A program made the translations under genes and the position numbers. From a virus (taxonomy: Duplodnaviria; Caudoviricetes): a stretch of 42,748 nt of DNA. This document shows positions 9,791 through 16,784 of this stretch, piece after piece. Position 1 is the stretch's first letter. Each line of letters starts with the position of its first letter. The stretch lies in the IMG/VR virus record IMGVR_UViG_3300036797_000126, positions 1 through 42,748 of that record; one strand, written 5' to 3'. Below the pieces are notes generated by a model that worked only from the letters and a program-made list of their open reading frames with translations, searched no databases and was not told the origin of the DNA.

Positions 9791-9818
9791 TAACATATGC
9801 TTGTCCGGTTTAAATGTG
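9791..9818 (-). promoter_or_regulatory. sigK-type (late mother-cell) promoter
   Basis: Minus strand CACA-N15-CATATGTTA, i.e. AC-N16-CATANNNTA. Confidence 0.55.
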
Positions 9819-9863
9819 AGAAGTTTTTATTAAAAACGCTATTTTAGTAGAAAAGGGGAATGA

Positions 9864-10082
9864 GTGATGATTACATTCGATGGAAAATATGTAAAAGTTG
9901 ATAAGGAAATTCAGAAAAAGAAAGGGATAAAAAAGTTAGAGGTAGAGCTAACAGAAGAAGGTCTTCTTAATTCAGTGTATATAGAACGATATCCGTTCGC
10001 ATGTTCGTGGAGCGATGAAGAAGACGAAGAAGACGAAGAAAACCAAACAAAAGCGTTAATTGTGCGACACGTTTCCTCATAA
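9864..10082 (+). CDS. Small acidic hypothetical protein whose 3' end is interrupted by the intron
   Basis: AAGGGG RBS. Unspliced it reads into the intron (..ALIVRHVSS*); spliced it ends ..ENQTKALI|Y* using TAG at 10899-10901. Confidence 0.7.
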   Translation: MMITFDGKYVKVDKEIQKKKGIKKLEVELTEEGLLNSVYIERYPFACSWSDEEDEEDEENQTKALIVRHVSS

Positions 10083-10895
10083 GTGTGCAAACACGAAATA
10101 GGAGGGTTATCAACTTGATAACAACAACTGATTGACTGAAAGTAGGAATGAAAGCCGTCAGGTTGAGCTGAAACAACTTATCTGATACTCCTACATGCAA
10201 GGCGTGATAGTAGTCACAAATTGTATGAAGCTAGGTGAAGTCGGCTGAACAAAACCTAAGTGAAAAATCATATGGTGATGGATAGGTCGGGATGCTACAA
10301 AATATCTATGGTGAGAATGTCTAGATGGACTGGCGAACTTGCGAATGTACGGGTCTAAACGCTTAATACATTAGAAATGTGTATGTCGTCAATGACGACG
10401 TTATCTACCGAAAAGTAAGAGTAAATGATATGAAATTCGGAACATCTAACGATGAGGGTGTAAAGATAACAGGCTTAAAGCAAGCATCTAAGGATATATG
10501 TATAGCTAAGTCAATTGGAACGTGGTAAGCAAGAAACTGTCATCAACGCCTACTAGCAGACAGGTGCATATAAGGTTCTAACGAACCGAAATTGCTTCAT
10601 TCTTGTGAAGGTGGGGACATAGTACCGAAGAAGCATGTAATAAATGTGGAGGGATAGTCCCTAGTCTTGTTCTTTGAAAACTAAATCAATTAGATGTAAC
10701 TCACAGGATCGAGTAAGATGATGTGACCTTTCGTAAGAAAGGGGAATTAATACGTTGGTGAGTACAACATTGTTTGTAATCTAGTTGCTTTAGTATAGAA
10801 GAATAAGATGGGGCGCTGTATGCGATGAAAGTCGCACGTACAGTGTTAAGCGGGGGAAAGGATGGAGATAACTTCAAAGTCTTACCTATCGCAAC
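10062..10895 (+). mobile_element. ORF-less group IIB (bacterial class B-like) intron, 834 nt
   Basis: 5' GTGCGACACG; domain V gCGCtgtatgcgat-GAAA-gtcgc-AC-gtacagtgt (~10812-10846) with CGC triad; domain VI with bulged A10888 8 nt from the 3' AC end; no RT ORF. Confidence 0.92.
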
Positions 10896-10899
10896 TATT

Positions 10900-11250
10900 A
10901 GCTTTTGTTATCCTAGGCATAGGAATGCATCGTTAAACATACTTTTTTTAAATATATTTGGTGATGCATTCCTAACATTAAGCCTTGTTGCACTCGCTAT
11001 TTTATCTACCCCTCCATGGATTCCTGAGAAAGTGCCAAGGCACCTAGGATTGTAGCTAAATGGATTAGCATAAGCGTCATCTCCGATACAAGTTTTTTCT
11101 TAACTAAGAAGTTAAGTACTTCAGAAATGGAGCAGGAGATTAAGCCAGCATACAAGATGCCAACAAACCATCCTTTGCTACCCAGCCACACCGGTAAACC
11201 GGCCAGGAATGATTGACTCGAACAATCAGTAGTTAAAACCAAAATAACAT
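10900..11250 (-). ncRNA. Candidate ~350-nt structured non-coding RNA
   Basis: Downstream of a consensus sigA promoter; at least six nested helices whose G-U pairs work only on the minus strand; no RBS-linked ORF. Confidence 0.5.
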
Positions 11251-11254
11251 CATA

Positions 11255-11284
11255 ATTATACCTCATTTTACAAGATTATGTCAA
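11255..11284 (-). promoter_or_regulatory. Consensus sigA promoter
   Basis: Minus strand TTGACA (11284-11279)-N18-TATAAT (11260-11255). Confidence 0.8.
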
Positions 11285-11309
11285 AAGGAAAGAAAACGGA
11301 GGAATCAAA

Positions 11310-11543
11310 ATGACCAACGCAATCATTTACACAAAGAACGCATGCCCAAACTGCGAGCAAGTAAAATGGGCACTAAATGCCGCAGGAATAGTCTATGAAA
11401 CTCGTAATATCGACGAAGACCCATCGCACGCAGCCTGGATGGCGGACAAAGGTTATATGAGCGCACCTGTAACCGTGTTTCCTAGCGGAAAGGAATTAGT
11501 CGGGTTTGATATGGGCGAGTTTGCGAGAGAGTTAAATCTATAA
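11310..11543 (+). CDS. NrdH-like glutaredoxin (phage)
   Basis: IYTK..CPNC...SAPV thioredoxin-fold motifs; GGAGG RBS. Confidence 0.85.
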   Translation: MTNAIIYTKNACPNCEQVKWALNAAGIVYETRNIDEDPSHAAWMADKGYMSAPVTVFPSGKELVGFDMGEFARELNL

Positions 11544-11558
11544 AAGGAGCGTGAGTAA

Positions 11559-11963
11559 ATGGGTGTAAGTAAATACGATAACGAAGCGGCACACCGTCGC
11601 ATTGAGCATAACTATGCATTAGACAATCCGAAATCAATCGATTTATTACTGCGACATTTACCGTATATGCAAGAGCGTAGGTTTAATGGCGACTATGCAG
11701 CATCGGATGTGTTAATGGATATGGAGACGGCCGTTGCAAACGCGGACTTGACGGATAGGCAGCGTCAAGTCTTACGGTTAGTATATTTCGAGGATATGAA
11801 ACAGCGGGACGTGGCAATCTCGCTTGGCATAACGGCACCGACGGTTAATTTGTATAAGCGGTTGTTAGCGCAAAAGATAGCGGCAGTGTTTGAACGATGG
11901 GCCTGGAATGACGAGGGCTATAAATTGACGGTAGCAAAGGTCGAAAGAGAGGCGGTCGCTTAA
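11559..11963 (+). CDS. Phage sigma-70 region 4 / positive-control HTH protein
   Basis: LTDRQRQVLRLVYFEDMKQRDVAISLGITAPTV is a region-4 HTH. Confidence 0.8.
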   Translation: MGVSKYDNEAAHRRIEHNYALDNPKSIDLLLRHLPYMQERRFNGDYAASDVLMDMETAVANADLTDRQRQVLRLVYFEDMKQRDVAISLGITAPTVNLYKRLLAQKIAAVFERWAWNDEGYKLTVAKVEREAVA

Positions 11964-12478
11964 TGCACTATACATTCGATATAAACGGAGATTACAAAAC
12001 GCAATTCGAAACGTATGTAAATACACTAATTACCGCTCTCCGAGAAAGCGATTCTAGCGCGATTAGTAATAGAGATGTACGTGCGAAAGAAATTAAATCG
12101 CTCACAGACGCTTATGTGGAAGCGGTGGGAGAGCGGCCTGAACCGAAACAACTCGAACGATTGGCTGATTTGCTGCTATACGAGGAGTTACACGATACAC
12201 ACCCCGACAAGATGACTCGTGAAGAATATCCGATTATGAGCGATCATCAGTTGGCGAGGAGGCATAGCGGAGAAGTATCGATGAAAGTAGCGGAAGAATA
12301 CGGAGTGGATCGGAAAAACTACAAGCCTCCGGTACGAAGGAAGCGTACGAGAAAAGAGACGTGGCAAATCGATAAGGAAGCGAAGTCTAGGAACGAGGAG
12401 AGGCGGAAGGCATATCGGGAGTTTACGCGGGTGCAGGTGGTTAGAAATTATATGGCAATAAACGAAAGAGACTGCTGA
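11963..12478 (+). CDS. Phage hypothetical protein
   Basis: 171-aa ORF coupled (TAATG) to the sigma-like gene. Confidence 0.8.
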   Translation: MHYTFDINGDYKTQFETYVNTLITALRESDSSAISNRDVRAKEIKSLTDAYVEAVGERPEPKQLERLADLLLYEELHDTHPDKMTREEYPIMSDHQLARRHSGEVSMKVAEEYGVDRKNYKPPVRRKRTRKETWQIDKEAKSRNEERRKAYREFTRVQVVRNYMAINERDC

Positions 12479-12563
12479 AATAGTGGTCTTTTTTGTATTC
12501 TATAAATATGTTAAAATTGGTATATTAGATAGAATTTACTAAAGATAGGATGAGGTCGAGAGT

Positions 12564-13481
12564 ATGGGTTTTAAAGCAGAAGTTTTACGTGTTTTAATTG
12601 CTTCACCCTCAGATGTACAACAAGAGCGTGATGAAATTGAAAGGGTTATATTTGAGTGGAACATCCGATACTCTGAGGAATTGAATATCATCCTTTTGCC
12701 GAGTAGATGGGAAAATGATGTTGTTCCAGCGTATGGTGGAATGGATGCCCAACAAGTGATAAATGAGCAATTAGTAAATAAATGTGATATTTTGATTGGG
12801 GTATTCTGGATGAAGCTTGGAACTCCAACGACTAGATATTCATCCGGAACACTTGAAGAAATTAGTATCTTTATTGAAAAAGAAAGAGAAGTAATGCTTT
12901 ATTTTGTAGATAGAAATATACCAAGAAATAGCAATCTAGAAGAAATTCAAAGGGTAGATAGTTATAGAAATGAATATGGGAAAAAGGGAGTTTATGCGCC
13001 TTACGATATTCATAGAATAAGGGATCATTTATATAGGAAGGTATTGGCACATAAAACAAAGAATGAAGGGATTATGAATCAAAATCATGAGGCTCAAAAG
13101 ATAAATAACATTTATTTAGAAAATCTTATAAAATCAAAAACTTTATCTATTAAGGAATTAATACTTTTAGAATACATAATTGATACGGAAAACAGACACT
13201 TTGGAAGTGTGTGGAATTCTAAGGAGACTGTACAAAAGTTAAGGGAATGGGAAAACCAAAAAGACCTGGTATGTGAACTATGGCAAAATTATTCTGAAGT
13301 TATCGCTAATTTTATTGAACGAGGGTTACTTGAAGAAAAAGAGTTTCACTATATTGAGGACTATGTATTGACGTATGCATTGCCTTTACCGTTATTTGAT
13401 CAAATACGAAGACTTTCTGTTGAAAGCAAAGAGATAATCCAAGCGGCGGTTTCATCGCAGACTTTGGAATTGCCATTTTAA
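12564..13481 (+). CDS. DUF4062-like (TIR/NDT-like fold) domain protein; moron, candidate anti-phage
   Basis: RVLIASPSDVQQER...CDILIGVFW..LGTP....SGT.EE pattern; AT-rich insert between phage genes. Confidence 0.7.
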   Translation: MGFKAEVLRVLIASPSDVQQERDEIERVIFEWNIRYSEELNIILLPSRWENDVVPAYGGMDAQQVINEQLVNKCDILIGVFWMKLGTPTTRYSSGTLEEISIFIEKEREVMLYFVDRNIPRNSNLEEIQRVDSYRNEYGKKGVYAPYDIHRIRDHLYRKVLAHKTKNEGIMNQNHEAQKINNIYLENLIKSKTLSIKELILLEYIIDTENRHFGSVWNSKETVQKLREWENQKDLVCELWQNYSEVIANFIERGLLEEKEFHYIEDYVLTYALPLPLFDQIRRLSVESKEIIQAAVSSQTLELPF

Positions 13482-13639
13482 ATATTTTTATTTTCGTTCC
13501 ACTTTATTAGTATCAAGGAGAAGCATAAGGAACTCGAAGCGTTACGTGAGAAGCATCAACCGTATAACGTAACGAAGGAGGGTGAATAGAGACCGCCATC
13601 TCTGGCGGCTATTTCTTTTAAAGCGAGAGGGAAGAACAA

Positions 13640-14140
13640 ATGACGAATGATATAATTATGGATGAAGAGTTGTTGGATAGAATAATTAATGATGTTTTAA
13701 ATAAAGAGCCATTGTATGTGTTAATTAAAGGACATTTATATATAGAAGCTATAATGGTGAGAATGCTTAATTTCCATTTTGAATGCGAATTCAAAGATAA
13801 TATATTTAATTTCTCGCAGAAACTGGAGTTAATAAGTGCGATAGGATATATTGATTCTGGGCTAAAGAATGCAATCTCGAAGATAAATAGAGTAAGAAAT
13901 GACTTAGCGCATAATGTAGATATACACATTGATGGGAAGAAAGTAGACGATATCCTAAGTACGCTTCCAAAGAAAAATAAAGAGAATATCATAAAAAGGG
14001 CTAAAGAATACGGATATAATCTCTCTGAACGCTTGCTAGCTAATATACTTGTTGAGGTAATTTGGCAATTATCACTGAATACTAAATTTCCATATGTAAA
14101 ATATTTAGATAAAAATGAGATAGGAGTGATAAATAATTAA
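13640..14140 (+). CDS. HEPN-domain (MltR/MAE_28990-like) putative RNase; moron
   Basis: KGHLYIE...FSQKL...INRVRNDLAH, containing the RxxxxH motif. Confidence 0.7.
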   Translation: MTNDIIMDEELLDRIINDVLNKEPLYVLIKGHLYIEAIMVRMLNFHFECEFKDNIFNFSQKLELISAIGYIDSGLKNAISKINRVRNDLAHNVDIHIDGKKVDDILSTLPKKNKENIIKRAKEYGYNLSERLLANILVEVIWQLSLNTKFPYVKYLDKNEIGVINN

Positions 14141-14168
14141 TATAAAGTAAAAATGTTATTTCGTCACA

Positions 14169-14202
14169 CTACTAATTTCTCCTCTTTTAGTTATCTATAC
14201 GT
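14169..14202 (+). promoter_or_regulatory. Repeated bipartite motif, copy 1 (candidate phage promoter)
   Basis: CTACTAATTTC-N6-TTTAGTTATCTATACGT; identical arms at 14947. Confidence 0.55.
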
Positions 14203-14325
14203 AATAGGGAAACGAATGAGACGGGTAAGCTCCGTCCACCCTTCGTATTTATAACGGAAGGGGAAAGCGAAATGAATACGATGAGCGATGAACACTGTTA
14301 TTGCGACAGTGTTTTTTATTGTGTA

Positions 14326-14378
14326 GCATAACCCAAAAAGCCGGAGAGGTTTCGTCCTCCCGGCTTTTTGGGTTATGC
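14326..14378. terminator. Long hairpin, probably a bidirectional terminator
   Basis: gcataacccaaaaagccgg...ccggctttttgggttatgc, a 19-bp perfect stem just downstream of the minus-strand 63-aa gene. Confidence 0.7.
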
Positions 14379-14388
14379 CCTTTAGCGT

Positions 14389-14580
14389 CTATTTATATTT
14401 CCACATCATGTGGATTACGAACAAGACAGATACGACAGTGCATGCTACACCAAATGTATTTGCGTTACATTCAACAAGCTGCTTATGTACCCATACAAAG
14501 AAGGGTGCTCCGTATGATCCTAAAAGAAACATTGTGAAATTTGTAAGATAGAATGTAATTACTGCTCCTATATTTTCCAT
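14389..14580 (-). CDS. 63-aa two-TM membrane protein (moron)
   Basis: GGAGG RBS ~10 nt upstream of the ATG; hydrophobic; followed by the long hairpin. Confidence 0.65.
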   Translation of the reverse strand: MENIGAVITFYLTNFTMFLLGSYGAPFFVWVHKQLVECNANTFGVACTVVSVLFVIHMMWKYK

Positions 14581-14737
14581 ATTATATATTCCTCCATATT
14601 TTTATTCTTCTGGGTAATAGCTAGATTTTACGTCACAGTATTACCCATGCTTTAAAATAGGAAGGTGAATATGGAAAAAGAATTAGCTCAATTCTTTCTT
14701 ACCTTGTGAGGACAATATACTTTAAAAAATTGATACA

Positions 14738-14833
14738 CTATTTTTCTATTAATATAGTGATTTGCGATCTAATCCTGCTTCGAGGAATATTAAGAGTTTT
14801 AACAAACTGATTTAAAATTATATTTTTAGGCAT
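14738..14833 (-). CDS. 31-aa basic peptide or gene remnant
   Basis: Perfect AAAGGAGGTGA RBS before ATG 14833; MPKNIILNQFVKTLNIPRSRIRSQITILIEK*. Confidence 0.4.
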   Translation of the reverse strand: MPKNIILNQFVKTLNIPRSRIRSQITILIEK

Positions 14834-14946
14834 GTGTATCACCTCCTTTCATAGTTATTAGTAGTTTGAAATATGTCCTCACAAATAAAATTATACAAAC
14901 ATAATTCTTAAATTACAATAAATAAATGATTGGGAAAGTTATTTTG

Positions 14947-14980
14947 CTACTAATTTCCGCTAGTTTAGTTATCTATACGT
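14947..14980 (+). promoter_or_regulatory. Repeated bipartite motif, copy 2 (candidate phage promoter)
   Basis: Same arms as 14169; 35 bp upstream of ORF 15016. Confidence 0.55.
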
Positions 14981-15015
14981 TATGAGCATAATTTTAACTA
15001 AAAGGAGACGATTAA

Positions 15016-15186
15016 ATGGCGGATAACAAATCACGCGAATTAAACGCACTAAGCAGCTTACAAATTAACGTAGAACTAGACGCTTCGGAAGCGATTAAAG
15101 GTTTAAAAGCGATTCAAAGAGAAGCGAAAGCCGCAACGAAAGCACTGCGAGAATTAGAAGAAGCGCAAAAAGCGGTGAATAACTAA
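15016..15186 (+). CDS. 56-aa coiled-coil phage protein (below the ORF-track cutoff)
   Basis: AAAGGAG RBS; MADNKSRELN...EEAQKAVNN*; TAATG coupling to the next gene. Confidence 0.75.
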   Translation: MADNKSRELNALSSLQINVELDASEAIKGLKAIQREAKAATKALRELEEAQKAVNN

Positions 15187-16010
15187 TGACTACTTTAAGA
15201 ATTATCGATGTAACTACCGGTGAAGATCGTACACAAGAATATAGTTTAGTTAACCGTAAGCAAGCCGAAGGATTTAAGCGTGCTATCGAAAAGGAACAGT
15301 ATCGTTTATTATCAAGAGGTAAGAATTGGGTAGCGAGTTATCACGACCCTATCCGAGAAATCATTACGGGCTTAACATTAACAGAGGCAGGAGCGATTAT
15401 AAAGCTCTTGCCTTTTTTGCGTTTTAAAAGCGAAGGTAAACTAATTAAGGATGGTAAGCCGTTAAAACAAATGGACATTCAGCGCATCTTTAAACGTGGT
15501 AAGGTCGCTACTACTAAGATATTAACTCGCTTAGAGGAGTTAAGTGTTATTCACGTTTTAAAAGAAGGACGTAGCAACGTTTATTCTATTAGCGCTAACT
15601 TTCATACAATGGGCGATGTTAAGGATGGTGAGCGATTTACGAAACTCTACCAGGTGAAAACGCAAGAAATCGTAGCTGATCTCGATTTAAACGAAGTAGG
15701 TTTACTTTACAAGATTCTACCGTTCTTTCATTTTCAAACGTATTACTTATGTAACAACCCGAATGAGCAAGACGCTAAAGAAATTAAGCATTTAAATCGC
15801 GAAGAGTTGGCGGAAGCTACTGGCCACGATTTAGCAACGATAAGTGTTACCGTTAATAAGTTACGAAGCAAAGGCGTTATCATGACGACTAACAGTAGAA
15901 ATAGTGTTAGGTATTTAGTTCATCCCGACGTTATGTATCGTAAGGACACTGAGGATGAATATACGGGAGTTGTACGTAGAATGTTTGCGGAACATATGAC
16001 GAGAATCTAG
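15186..16010 (+). CDS. RepL-like replication/DNA-binding protein with tandem winged-HTH domains
   Basis: Two repeats of a helix/HTH/Y.(I,V).(A,P) wing pattern (..NVYSISANF.., ..RYLVHPDVMYR); iteron-like repeats downstream. Confidence 0.5.
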   Translation: MTTLRIIDVTTGEDRTQEYSLVNRKQAEGFKRAIEKEQYRLLSRGKNWVASYHDPIREIITGLTLTEAGAIIKLLPFLRFKSEGKLIKDGKPLKQMDIQRIFKRGKVATTKILTRLEELSVIHVLKEGRSNVYSISANFHTMGDVKDGERFTKLYQVKTQEIVADLDLNEVGLLYKILPFFHFQTYYLCNNPNEQDAKEIKHLNREELAEATGHDLATISVTVNKLRSKGVIMTTNSRNSVRYLVHPDVMYRKDTEDEYTGVVRRMFAEHMTRI

Positions 16011-16117
16011 TAAGTAGCTTATAGATTTATTACTAGAATATAGACTAGTAAACAAGCTATTTTTGTTTTTTAGCATAGAATATGATTAATCCTGTTGTTG
16101 AGAGGAGGTAATCATAT

Positions 16118-16312
16118 ATGAGAAATGATTTTCGTTTCGAAGGCTTCCGAGATTGTAATAGATTTTGGGATGATTTAATGTTTGGAAGATGTAGATGCAG
16201 ACGTAGGGATTGTGATGAATGTCGTTTTAGACACGAGCACCATCGTGACTGTGAATGTGATGAATGTCGTCGCAGACGCAACCACGATCGTGATGACCGT
16301 CGAGAGTGGTAA
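16118..16312 (+). CDS. 64-aa Cys/Arg/Asp-rich protein (spore-coat-like moron)
   Basis: GAGGAGGT RBS; 8 Cys in RDCxC/DCDEC repeats; own terminator at 16321-16353. Confidence 0.7.
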   Translation: MRNDFRFEGFRDCNRFWDDLMFGRCRCRRRDCDECRFRHEHHRDCECDECRRRRNHDRDDRREW

Positions 16313-16320
16313 ATATTTAG

Positions 16321-16353
16321 AAACGAGTGCTTTTCTTAAAAGTGCTCGTTTTT
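16321..16353 (+). terminator. Intrinsic terminator
   Basis: aaacgagtgctttt-ctt-aaaagtgctcgtttt. Confidence 0.65.
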
Positions 16354-16410
16354 ATATTCACGGATTTTCTGAATTCTTTATTAAAAGGTAATTTGAAATT
16401 ATCGTAAAAA

Positions 16411-16468
16411 CTATGTTGTCAAAACGATACCTATTACCTATATCTATGTTGTCAAAACGATACCTATT
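16411..16468 (+). repeat. Two perfect 25-bp direct repeats (iteron-like), 33-bp period
   Basis: ctatgttgtcaaaacgatacctatt at 16411-16435 and 16444-16468. Confidence 0.9.
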
Positions 16469-16784
16469 GAAATTGCCTTGATCCTTAGAGCCACAACGGT
16501 TAGAGGTAGATTTAGGCGGATTTCTTCTCTTTATCTTGTTGCGTAATTAATACGTAAGAAAAAGGATAAAAGATAAAACCTTGCGACTTCGGTTCCGGCT
16601 ATCGCCTCCACTCGTCGCTACTATACTTATTAATTATATTATCGATAATAAATACTTTATCGGTGAAGTTATAAAAAGGATAGTGGCAGACGACTTTGGA
16701 GCGAAGCGGAAAAGGCGGATGCAAGGTCTTATGTGTTTTATCTTTTTATAGAGCGTTATACATACGGAAAGGAGGACGTAATAC

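Larger units (their letters stand above)
8213..10061 (+). repeat. Nine copies of a degenerate ~21-bp site (wAwyAAAA-kcgtT-ATTtk) delimiting genes
   Basis: 8213 atatgaaa tcgtt attgtaat; 8453 aaaccaaa gcgtt atttggta; 8614 tataaaaa agatt attcgaaa; 9029 taataaaa tagtt attaggta; 9284 taacaaaa tcctt attgtaca; 9487 taataaaa tcgtt gtttgaaa; 9690 aaacaaaa tcgtt attttatc; 9828 tattaaaa acgct attttagt; 10045 aaacaaaa gcgtt aatt|tat (split by the intron). Confidence 0.75.

Noticed and set aside
8213-10061. CRISPR array interpretation of the repeated sites
   Set aside because: Repeats are degenerate, spacing is ~140-415 bp and contains whole genes, and there are no cas genes.
10896-10975. Possible 3' extension (extra domain) of the intron, as in some B. 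cereus-group introns
   Set aside because: A canonical bulged A and AC end at 10895 cleanly rebuild the target site and stop codon; the downstream hairpin fits the minus-strand RNA.
10825-11055. 76-aa ORF MKVARTV...
   Set aside because: It is a translation of intron domains V/VI and the flank; no RBS.
11006-11266. 86-aa hydrophobic minus-strand ORF
   Set aside because: Its ATG lies between the -35 and -10 of the promoter and lacks an RBS; RNA structure explains the region better. Not fully excluded.
14301-14537. 78-aa plus-strand ORF
   Set aside because: Crosses a terminator hairpin and is antisense to a gene with a good RBS.
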